Source: Planctomycetota bacterium
GTDB taxonomy: Bacteria; Planctomycetota; UBA8108; UBA1146
Reading direction: 5' to 3'
Length of the DNA stretch: 14,150 nucleotides
Assembly: GCA_036338595.1 (NCBI GenBank)
Contig: JAYZBV010000047.1
Span: 1-14,150 of the forward strand
The translations under genes and the position numbers were made by a program. Positions 1 through 7,670 of this stretch are shown here, in pieces. Positions within the stretch are counted from its first letter, which is position 1, and the number at the start of each line of letters is the position of its first letter. The notes beneath the pieces were generated by a model that was not told the DNA's origin, made no database searches, and was given only the letters and a program-made list of their open reading frames with translations.

Positions 1-1
1 C

Positions 2-205
2 AGGAATAAGTACGGCTGGACCCCGCTGATGCACGCCGCCCGCTACTCTTCTACCCCGGAAGTCGTCACGCTGTTGCTGGAAGAGGGCGCCGATGCTCTG
101 GCGAAGTCCAAGGAAGGCAAGAAGGCCATCGATTACGCCGAGGAGAACGTCAAGTTGAAGGATACGAAGGCGTACTGGAAGTTGCACGACCAGTCGTTCG
201 AGTAG
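2..205 (+). CDS. Ankyrin-repeat protein, C-terminal fragment (5' truncated by window edge)
   Basis: Manual translation of frame +2 gives RNKYGWTPLMHAARYSSTPEVVTLLLEEGADALAKSKEGKKAIDYAEENVKLKDTKAYWKLHDQSFE*, with TAG at 203-205. G-x-T-P-L-x-x-A-A...V-x-L-L-L-x-x-G-A-D matches the ankyrin consensus, and GKKAIDYA is a typical degenerate terminal repeat. Not in the ORF track because it has no start in the window. Confidence 0.9.
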   Translation, partial: RNKYGWTPLMHAARYSSTPEVVTLLLEEGADALAKSKEGKKAIDYAEENVKLKDTKAYWKLHDQSFE

Positions 206-262
206 GGGCTGCGCTTCGGGTGAGGGACGAGTGAGTGGTGTCGAGTGCGGCGTGCCCGCCGG

Positions 263-1585
263 CTACTTCTCGCGGGTGGCGGTTTCTGGGGTGGGGACGG
301 GGACGCTTTCTCCCAGCATCTCGCGCGCCATATCGGCGATCTGTAGTGGCGGGGCCATCGCTTGTAGTTTGCGCCAGTCGCCGGTGCGGGTGTTGCCGAG
401 GATCAGCCAGGCGTTGTGGTCATCCTTGAAGGGGGTCCAGGCGCCGATCTTGGTCAGCACTTGCTTCACATCCGGCTTCTCTCCACCCAGTAGCAGCCAG
501 CCATCGTCGGGCAACTCGGCGGCATCGTGGTACGCCTTCATCCGTTCGACATTGTCGAACTCCGGATCGACCGTGATGGAGAGGATCACCACCTCGGGGC
601 CGATGCGATCCTCGAGGATGGCGCTGGTGTTCTTGAGGTTCTGGATGATGGGGGGGCAGACGCCGGTGCAGCGGGTGAACAGCACATGCATCAGCACCAG
701 TCGGTCGCGCAGCAGGTCGTCGAAGAAGCGCAGGGAGTTGCCGTCGTGATCGACCAGCACATTGTTGGGGAAGTAGTCGGCGGCCTCTGCGAGGCGACGG
801 AAGACCGCCGCTCGCTGTTCGATGCCGGAGGCGATCTCGGCGATGCCCTCGGCGCTGGAGAGTCCGTAGGTGCGGGCCCACTCGCCGGTCTGATCGTTGC
901 CGATCAGCACCGTGGCGGTGTGCTGTGTGATGTCGCCGGTGGCCGCATCGAGTGAACGAAGCAGTTGATCCATCGTCGGCTTGTCACCGGTGATGAAGCT
1001 CCATCCCGGCTCGGCGCCGAACAGGGCTCCAAACTTCTTGATGCGCGCGGGCGTATCGTTGGCGGGATCGACACTGACCGAGATGATTCGGATGGCGTCG
1101 CCGTGCTGCTCCTTCGTCAACTGCTGAACCCTGCGCATGGTGGCGGTCAGCGGCGGGCAGACGGTGGTGCAGGTGCTGAAGAAGACATTGATCAGCACCG
1201 TCTTGCCGGCGATCAGATCGGTGTGGAACTGAACCCGATTGCCGTCCTGGTCGAGCACCGATAGGTCGGCAATTTTTGGAGCCTCGATGAAGGCGGTGGC
1301 GCGCGAAGAATCCGCTTCGGTCGCCTCTTCGCAGCAGTCTTCATCTTTTTTGGGCTCCTGTACGGGCTTCTGTTCGCAGCACTCCTTGTCATCCGTCTTC
1401 GGGGTCGGCTGCTTGTCATCTTCGCAACAGGGCGGCTCCTGCGGCTCCTGAGAAGGGGACCCGGAGACCTGTAGAGACAACGCCATCGCATCGGGGCGCG
1501 GCGATGCATCCATCGCCGCATTCGTTGCACAGATGCAGATGATTGTCACGAGAGACATCAGTAGAAGTGCGCGCGCCATGGTCAT
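263..1585 (-). CDS. Secreted tandem SCO1/SenC-family copper chaperone (two SCO domains)
   Basis: Two thioredoxin-like SCO domains: LDQDG...FFSTCTTVCP...ISVSVDPANDTP...HTA (CxxxC at 1157-1171) and VDHDG...LFTRCTGVCP...LSITVDPEFD...HNA (CxxxC at 656-670). Each has the CxxxCP motif plus the downstream Cu-ligand His. N-terminal hydrophobic signal (MTMARALLLMSLVTIICICATNA) followed by an acidic Pro/Cys-rich linker. Confidence 0.93.
   Translation of the reverse strand: MTMARALLLMSLVTIICICATNAAMDASPRPDAMALSLQVSGSPSQEPQEPPCCEDDKQPTPKTDDKECCEQKPVQEPKKDEDCCEEATEADSSRATAFIEAPKIADLSVLDQDGNRVQFHTDLIAGKTVLINVFFSTCTTVCPPLTATMRRVQQLTKEQHGDAIRIISVSVDPANDTPARIKKFGALFGAEPGWSFITGDKPTMDQLLRSLDAATGDITQHTATVLIGNDQTGEWARTYGLSSAEGIAEIASGIEQRAAVFRRLAEAADYFPNNVLVDHDGNSLRFFDDLLRDRLVLMHVLFTRCTGVCPPIIQNLKNTSAILEDRIGPEVVILSITVDPEFDNVERMKAYHDAAELPDDGWLLLGGEKPDVKQVLTKIGAWTPFKDDHNAWLILGNTRTGDWRKLQAMAPPLQIADMAREMLGESVPVPTPETATREK
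1331..1429 (-). repeat. Three Cys-Cys-Glu repeats in the acidic N-terminal linker of the SCO protein
   Basis: PPCCEDDKQ / KECCEQKPV / EDCCEEATE; Cys-Cys codons at 1424-1429, 1376-1381 and 1331-1336 (spacing 48 and 45 nt). Confidence 0.8.
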
Positions 1586-1637
1586 CGTTGCACCTGTTCA
1601 AGGGTCCATCGGGTGAGTTCATGCGACAATCATACCG

Positions 1638-1676
1638 CCGCCGACCTGCTCCGCTGTTTGCGGATCTGGTCGGCGG
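1638..1676 (-). other. GC-rich inverted repeat (RNA hairpin) between oxidase stop and SCO start
   Basis: CCGCCGACCtGcTCCGC-tgttt-GCGGAtCtGGTCGGCGG: 17-position stem with 2 mismatches and a 5-nt loop, 12 nt downstream of the oxidase stop codon. No U-tract follows on the minus-strand mRNA, so it is not a classical intrinsic terminator. Confidence 0.7.
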
Positions 1677-1688
1677 GCACAGTTGACA

Positions 1689-4600
1689 CTAGGGGCAGTT
1701 GGTGAAGGAAACGCAATCGAGCGAGTCCGGCGTCAGATCGGCACCGCACTCGGTCGTGGGTGCTGCCGGTCCTTCGCCACCGACGAACAGGTAGTTCACC
1801 AGCGCCACCGCATCGGTGATGTCCACGAGTCCGTCATCATTGCAATCGGTTGCATCCATGCACAGCATCTGAGAACCGCCGAAGACGATGTTGAGCGTTT
1901 GCACCACATCTCCCAGGTCGAGGCCTCCATTTGCATTGGTGTCGCCACGCTGGAACCGTTGCGGCGCGATCGCCTCACCACAGGTGGGCACGATCGCATC
2001 GTCGCAGATGGTGTTTCCTCCGACACAGACGGTGAACGGCCCCGAGTTCTCGATCGGAATCGTGACCTCGAGGGTGCTGCCCGGCAGCGATGCGACCGGC
2101 ACCCCATCGATCGTTACATCCCACTGACCCATCTGGGTCGGCGAGTCCCACTGGATGGTCGCGAGATAGGTGGCAGGATCGATGCTGATGTCGACGACGG
2201 TCGGCGAAGTGGTGGCCACTCCCTCTGCCGTGATGTCGATGCAGGAAGAGGCACCGTTGACTCCATCGGCGACCGGTGTCAGGCAAAGCTGCTGGGTGCC
2301 GAGGGCATCCAGAGTGACACTCATCGAGGTCGCTTCTCCCGGAAGGTTCGCAAGCAACACTCCATCGAGGGTCGCTATGATCGAGGTCACGACGGTCGGA
2401 TTGGTCCAGTTGATGGCGAATGTGTTGCTACAGGGATCGACCACCGTTGCCGGATCGATGACCGGCGGTGTCGGGGCCAGCGCCATGGCGCAGTCTCCCG
2501 ATGGAGAATCGACCAGGTTGACGATGCCGACGACACAGTATGTGTAGCCACCCGGATCGATCGGATCGATGTGCGAGGTCTGATCGCCGGAAATTCTGCC
2601 AACTTCCGATCCATCACGGACCACCACGATCTCGTCGTAGAGGGTGTGATTTTCCCAGGCGAGTGCTGCTCCACCGCTGATGGGGAGACAGGCGAGTGCA
2701 CCCGGAGCGGGCGGCGTGATGGTCACATTACAGCTGACTGCCGTGGAAGGAAGGTCCTGGTTGACCGCGACCACCGAGTAGACATAGGTACCTGGAACCG
2801 CAATTTCATCGAGGTAACCGGTCGCCGTGCCCGGCATGATCGAGAGCAACTGGTTGTCACGGTAAATTTCCATCGTGACATAATCGATATCCGATGGAGT
2901 CCAGTTCAGTTGCGCACCGATGCCAGGAAGGGCACTGCAAGCGAGGTCCGAGACGGGCAGGGCAGGGATTCTGACATAGGGTTCGACCTTGAGCAGACCC
3001 CAGCAGCCGCCCGAGAAGGCGAAACTATCGAGCATCCGATACATGTAGGTGCCGGCTGAACGGGCTTCTCCACCCGCCTTGATCAGCACATTCTTGTGCG
3101 ACTGGGGACCGATCGGGCCCGATCCACCGATATTCATGCTCTGAGGGTTGTGGCCGATCCTGGTCGAACCGTCGGTGAAGGGTTGCCTTTGCCATGAGTG
3201 GCCAGAGACTCCGAAGGCGTGGCCATTGTCGCCACCGCCCGCCTGGGCAACACGGAACATCACCATCTGGCCCGCTTCTGCATCGCAACCGGGGGTCGCG
3301 GGGTCGAGGCACGGCAGATTGAGACAGCCTGCGAGAGAGGTGGTGGAACTGAACACGAGTGAATTGTCCATCGAACCCTGGGGTACCCATGGCGGCGAAG
3401 TTGTAATTCCCTGGCGCAGCCAGGTGGGTTCGGTCTTGTAGTTGTATCCGGCCGTGTTCTCCAGCTGATCCTCATCGAGACGGGAGTTGATCGTTCCCTT
3501 GGCAATGCGAGGGAACGAGTCCTGAACCTGCAGCACATATTCCCTGTAGATCAACAGCCCATCCTCATCGAGGATGTCCGCCTCGTAGCCACTTTTGGCC
3601 TCGACATAGCCGTTGCCATCATCGAAGTCGTAGAACCACTGCGATCCGGCCGGCTCGATCACCAGCGAGCCGAACAGGCCGTGCTTGTGATGGTTGAACA
3701 GATCGCCGTAGGAGCGCAGGTTCGTGACGCCGAACTCGATCGGCTGATACTCCACGGTGCCGTCAGGCTGAGCATGGATGGCTCCGGCGTACCAGGCATA
3801 GTGCTGGATGTCGCCAGGTCCGGCGAGGCTGTCCGGGTTCCAGCCAATATTGGTCGAAGAGCCCGATCCCATGTCGTGAGCGACCAGCTGAGGGCTGAGC
3901 CCGACCGTGGTCTGAACCGATTCGATGCCATTGAGCCGCGGCACGCCAATACCCGGAGAGATGCTGGCTGGCAGCATGTTGGTGAGGGTCACCTCGATGC
4001 ATTCTCCTGCGGAAGCTCGGATCACCAGCGGATCGACTTGCTTCTGCCCGGTCATGAACGGAATCATATCCTCCTCGTGGATGTATATGATTGCGTTGGG
4101 ATCGAACAGAGAGAACTTATCATTGTAGGACAGGCCCGCTCCACCGAGTAGATCGACCGCACGCCATGCCTGGATATTGATCGGGCGAATCGGCGGGGAT
4201 CCGGGACCGGTCGGGCAAAATCCTGACTGCAGCGGATGCTGCGGCCGAGGTGTCGCGCCGGAGTTGTTGGGCAGAAATGCGAGCCCTGGTTCAGGATCAT
4301 GATAGGCCCTGATGATTCCCCAGATCCCGTCACTGGCGCCCTTGTCGACCGAATCGAGATACATGTAGTCGGTCGCACCATGGCTTCCGGCGGTGTGTCT
4401 CAATCCATCGCCGAGCTTGAAGTACATCTCGAAGTGCTCCGAGATGCCATAGAACTGCATGTTGGTGAATCCTGAATTGGGGTTGGAGCCTTCCTGGAGC
4501 CAGCGGTTGCCGGTCACCGTGAAGGTGTGGAACTCCTCCTGAGCGCCATGGACGAGTGCAATCTTCACATTGTCACCCTCGTACGCACGAGCCAGCGGAG

Positions 4601-7600
4601 TGAAGGGATCGCCGTAGACGGACGAATCGAAGGCCAAATTGGCAGCAGCTCCGGCGGCTCCTCGAGTCGGAGGATCATTGCGGTAGTTGATGGTCTGTGC
4701 GCCACCCCCCATCGAGATCGCCTCGGGATTGTTCATGCCGGCCATGTCGGGGAAGGTGTCTTCCCCGTCTCCCACATCCTGCAGCTGAGATTTGGGCGCA
4801 TTGATGGGCATGTTGGCGCCGTCATATACCGGCATCCATTCACCGGTTTCGAAGACAAACTCCCGCATGCTGTCGGCACCCTGTACACCTGCCAGGATGT
4901 TGGCAGCCCAGGTCGTCGGACCGCCATCGGCTCTGGTTCCCAGTAGCGTGTTGCCGTTGGGGTAGGTCCAGATGGAGTCGGTCGGTTCGACCACTAACAC
5001 CGCGTAAAGCCCATGCTGCTGGTGAGAACTGGGGCCGAAGTGGTCATGAGTGAAGACCGAACGGATGGTGCGATCTTCTCCCTGATTGTTGACGAGGGGG
5101 TCGGCCCACCAGCGCTGTACAGTCGTCTGAGCGCCCATCCACTCATCATTGGGGCCTGGACCGAAGACCGGGTGAGATTCCTCGGTCAACAGTTGCTGGC
5201 CTCCGTTATTGGTGATCTGCCAGACATTGTTGGCGTGGATCCGCTCCCGGACTTCTTCCGGCGAGAAGGTACCGTCCTCGTAATTCCATCCGTTGGCACT
5301 GCCATCGGACGATGTGACATCGAACTTCACGAGGTGAATGTGCTGACCGATGATGTCGGTCGGCGTGAAGATCTGGAAATCATCGAGATTGAGATTGTTC
5401 GGCAACAGGTTGGTCGATTCGAACACGATGCACTCGCCGGAGTTGGCACGGAAAAAGAGTGGTTCCGGAGCCCGGGTTCCGTTGAGTGTCGGCATCACAT
5501 CCTCGTTGAGGACCGCAATCCGCGCCTGGCGATCGTGCCAGCCGAGTTCGTTGATGGTCATGTCAAACTGGATGTAGGCAGCCTTGTAGGTGCGAGTTCC
5601 GACCGGTCGGTTGAGGCCGTTTCCGTCGATGAATTGATCGGGGCAGGGATCTGCGAAGGGCGCTCCCGCCTGGGGAGCACGACCGTTGACGACAAAATAG
5701 CCGGGGTTTCCAGCACTGTCGAAGGACGGGTATCCGCGTCCGGGCCAGTTGTGGGAGTCGGTCACATCGACCGCAGTGGTGCCGAGGATTCCGGCGTGGA
5801 AATCCTGAGCAGCGACCTCGAGGGTGGTTCCACCGGGGGGGAGCAGTTCGATCTCTGCGGAATCGATGACCCTGCTGAAGCCGGTCTTGGCCGGGTGTGG
5901 ATCGTTGCTGTTGACACGCTGGAACACGGGATCGATCAGGTAGTGGCCGGCAATCCCTGCTTCGCCATCGGTGACGCTACTGGACTTGACGCGGTGACGT
6001 TGAAGACCTCCATCGTGAACCATCTCCAGCGGCGGTTGAGGAGCACGATGTCCAGCTTCCCCCGCGATGTAATGCGGGTATCCGGGGAACTCCGAGGTCG
6101 GCATCGGCGGCATCGCTTTACCCGGCATCGGCACTAGCCCTGGAACCGGTGTGCCCTGAACAATCTCACCGTCAGGCAAGTTTCTCGATGAACTTCCATC
6201 CTCGAATACATCGTGGGTTCTCCACAGGCTCCACATCCCCTGGGCGAAGTGGGGATACAGGTGGCAGTGAAAGAGGCTGTCGCCGGGAGTCTTGTTGCGG
6301 TTTCCACTGCCGGAGTAATTGATCTCGTAGGTGTAACTGCTACCGGGGGAAATCGACTGTGAATCGATGTAACTCGAGTTCGGGTTCCTCGGTTCAAACA
6401 ACCATTGATGAGCGTGAAGGTGGAACACATGGGTTTCGGACCCTATGTGAAGGTTTCTGAACCGGACTCCATCATTCATGTAGGAGTGATAGACATTCGA
6501 CGGGTCTTCGCTGTATGTCGCACTCTCGACGACGCCGCTGACAGGATTACTCGTGACCGGCATCGCCGGATCTCCATTGGCCCACGATTCGAGGAAGAAC
6601 TCCTCGAACTTGCATTCTCCACAGTTCCTCGCCGGACCATCTCCGAGACGGGTGGCGAGCACGGGAGCACCCATACCCCCGCATCCGTAATTGATGGCAA
6701 AGCCATCGCGAACACCTTTGTAGAGATTGTCCTCATGGAGCACGGGGTAGGCCTGTGTGATGCCGATCTCATCGTGGAAGATGATCACGAACTCACGGTA
6801 TGGATCTCCGCAGGTGCCCGATGGGGGAGCATCGAGGCAGTCCTCGCCGCCTGGAATGACCAGCGCAGTGAGGTCGGAGTGGATCGTGTTCAGGTTGTCA
6901 TCGAGGATTCGCAACAGTGGCTTGCCACTGGCATCGGTGGCGTTGTAGTCGATCTGTGGCGTCCCGTTGGGGTTCAATCCCGTGGTCGCTGAAGCCAGCA
7001 CCGCCTCGCTCACCTGTGATCGGTACCAGGTCGAACCTTCCGGTTGAACGGTGACCGCACCGAACAAGCCGCGGGCGACGGCGCCCTGGGCACCCTCTCC
7101 GCCGAGGCTCGACGATGGGGAGTTGAAGAGGAACTGGCCTTCCTTGGCGCAGTAGAATCGAAACATACTCGTCTGCATGGCAGCCAAAGGTGCGACTTGA
7201 TTGGCCCCCAGTGCCAGTCCCTCGCTCGATGGCGAACACGGTTCCAGGCCGTTGACATGGAACGCGACCGTTCTGGTTCCGTTATTGGAATCGAAGCCAC
7301 CGACACCATTGTTAGGGGGAGTGGTGGCGAGCAGATTGGTCAGCGTGATCTCGAGGCAATCTCCGACATTGGCTCTCAGCACCAGCGGTCGAGGCCGCTT
7401 GTTGTTCTTGAGGCGTACATTGCCGGGCGAGATGGCGCTTCCGGGAGAGATGGGGATGACATCGCTGGCGAGTGCGAAGATCATCCCGTGGGGATCTCTG
7501 GCACCAAATCGGTTGTACCAGATCACCTGATCCAGGGCGACGATGTCAGCAGTGATGGTCCGGTTGCACGGGACAGAATAAAACTGCGGGTCGGCCGTCT

Positions 7601-7670
7601 GAGCTGAGGTCGGCGTATACAGAGCCACGACCAACACCAGACAGGCACACTTGATTAGTTTTTTCAACAC
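1689..7670 (-). CDS. Large MnxG-like multicopper oxidase (candidate Mn(II) oxidase) with C-terminal FN3-like repeats and dockerin-like domain
   Basis: Cu motifs HVFHLHAHQW (6402-6431), FHCHLYPHFAQGMW (6231-6272; T1 Cys/His/Met), HIHLVKFD (HIH at 5334-5342) and FTHDHFGPSSHQQHGLY (~5004-5054). Repeated cupredoxin-start motifs (PLVLRANVGDCLEITLTN, PLFFRANSGECIVFESTN, PLVIRASAGECIEVTLTN) indicate a 6-domain architecture as in MnxG. The likely start is GTG 7670 (or TTG 7667) after GGAGAGTGGAG, giving signal peptide MLKKLIKCACLVLVVALYTPTSA-Q; the ORF-track start at 7865 adds an implausible 65 aa. Substrate is not proven. Confidence 0.9.
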   Translation of the reverse strand: MLKKLIKCACLVLVVALYTPTSAQTADPQFYSVPCNRTITADIVALDQVIWYNRFGARDPHGMIFALASDVIPISPGSAISPGNVRLKNNKRPRPLVLRANVGDCLEITLTNLLATTPPNNGVGGFDSNNGTRTVAFHVNGLEPCSPSSEGLALGANQVAPLAAMQTSMFRFYCAKEGQFLFNSPSSSLGGEGAQGAVARGLFGAVTVQPEGSTWYRSQVSEAVLASATTGLNPNGTPQIDYNATDASGKPLLRILDDNLNTIHSDLTALVIPGGEDCLDAPPSGTCGDPYREFVIIFHDEIGITQAYPVLHEDNLYKGVRDGFAINYGCGGMGAPVLATRLGDGPARNCGECKFEEFFLESWANGDPAMPVTSNPVSGVVESATYSEDPSNVYHSYMNDGVRFRNLHIGSETHVFHLHAHQWLFEPRNPNSSYIDSQSISPGSSYTYEINYSGSGNRNKTPGDSLFHCHLYPHFAQGMWSLWRTHDVFEDGSSSRNLPDGEIVQGTPVPGLVPMPGKAMPPMPTSEFPGYPHYIAGEAGHRAPQPPLEMVHDGGLQRHRVKSSSVTDGEAGIAGHYLIDPVFQRVNSNDPHPAKTGFSRVIDSAEIELLPPGGTTLEVAAQDFHAGILGTTAVDVTDSHNWPGRGYPSFDSAGNPGYFVVNGRAPQAGAPFADPCPDQFIDGNGLNRPVGTRTYKAAYIQFDMTINELGWHDRQARIAVLNEDVMPTLNGTRAPEPLFFRANSGECIVFESTNLLPNNLNLDDFQIFTPTDIIGQHIHLVKFDVTSSDGSANGWNYEDGTFSPEEVRERIHANNVWQITNNGGQQLLTEESHPVFGPGPNDEWMGAQTTVQRWWADPLVNNQGEDRTIRSVFTHDHFGPSSHQQHGLYAVLVVEPTDSIWTYPNGNTLLGTRADGGPTTWAANILAGVQGADSMREFVFETGEWMPVYDGANMPINAPKSQLQDVGDGEDTFPDMAGMNNPEAISMGGGAQTINYRNDPPTRGAAGAAANLAFDSSVYGDPFTPLARAYEGDNVKIALVHGAQEEFHTFTVTGNRWLQEGSNPNSGFTNMQFYGISEHFEMYFKLGDGLRHTAGSHGATDYMYLDSVDKGASDGIWGIIRAYHDPEPGLAFLPNNSGATPRPQHPLQSGFCPTGPGSPPIRPINIQAWRAVDLLGGAGLSYNDKFSLFDPNAIIYIHEEDMIPFMTGQKQVDPLVIRASAGECIEVTLTNMLPASISPGIGVPRLNGIESVQTTVGLSPQLVAHDMGSGSSTNIGWNPDSLAGPGDIQHYAWYAGAIHAQPDGTVEYQPIEFGVTNLRSYGDLFNHHKHGLFGSLVIEPAGSQWFYDFDDGNGYVEAKSGYEADILDEDGLLIYREYVLQVQDSFPRIAKGTINSRLDEDQLENTAGYNYKTEPTWLRQGITTSPPWVPQGSMDNSLVFSSTTSLAGCLNLPCLDPATPGCDAEAGQMVMFRVAQAGGGDNGHAFGVSGHSWQRQPFTDGSTRIGHNPQSMNIGGSGPIGPQSHKNVLIKAGGEARSAGTYMYRMLDSFAFSGGCWGLLKVEPYVRIPALPVSDLACSALPGIGAQLNWTPSDIDYVTMEIYRDNQLLSIMPGTATGYLDEIAVPGTYVYSVVAVNQDLPSTAVSCNVTITPPAPGALACLPISGGAALAWENHTLYDEIVVVRDGSEVGRISGDQTSHIDPIDPGGYTYCVVGIVNLVDSPSGDCAMALAPTPPVIDPATVVDPCSNTFAINWTNPTVVTSIIATLDGVLLANLPGEATSMSVTLDALGTQQLCLTPVADGVNGASSCIDITAEGVATTSPTVVDISIDPATYLATIQWDSPTQMGQWDVTIDGVPVASLPGSTLEVTIPIENSGPFTVCVGGNTICDDAIVPTCGEAIAPQRFQRGDTNANGGLDLGDVVQTLNIVFGGSQMLCMDATDCNDDGLVDITDAVALVNYLFVGGEGPAAPTTECGADLTPDSLDCVSFTNCP
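1692..1955 (-). other. Dockerin-type-I-like (duplicated EF-hand-like Ca loop) C-terminal domain of the oxidase
   Basis: FQRGDTNANGGLDLGDVVQTLNIVFGG...CMDATDCNDDGLVDITDAVALVNYLFVGG...ECGADLTPDSLDC: two DxNxxGxxDxxD-helix repeats. The Cys-containing F-x-R-G-D...P-x-x-x-C-G-x-D variant resembles the form common in Planctomycetota proteins. Confidence 0.85.
1956..2960 (-). repeat. Four tandem ~80-88 aa FN3/Ig-like domains in the oxidase
   Basis: Repeating pattern LNW/LAW/INW/IQW ... RDNQL/RDGSE/LDGVL/IDGVP ... MPGTAT/ISGDQT/LPGEAT/LPGSTL ... GTYVYSV/GGYTYCV/GTQQLCL/GPFTVCV, with Cys residues in each repeat. Confidence 0.75.

Noticed and set aside
2..205. Ankyrin gene as part of the oxidase system
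   Set aside because: Convergent orientation, only a fragment visible, and no sequence evidence of functional linkage.
206..262. Possible bidirectional terminator between convergent ankyrin and SCO genes
   Set aside because: Only very short stems (e.g. GCGG-N5-CCGC) and no U/A tracts; not supportable.
231..1530. Several overlapping ORFs (231-749, 420-881, 527-955, 965-1264, 1213-1530 etc.)
   Set aside because: Antisense or alternate-frame shadows of the SCO gene, typical of high-GC DNA; no recognisable motifs.
1683..7607. Long plus-strand ORFs (1683-3059, 5013-6137, 6405-6992, 7044-7607 etc.)
   Set aside because: Antisense mirror ORFs of the oxidase caused by codon bias; Arg/His/Val-rich composition without domain signatures.
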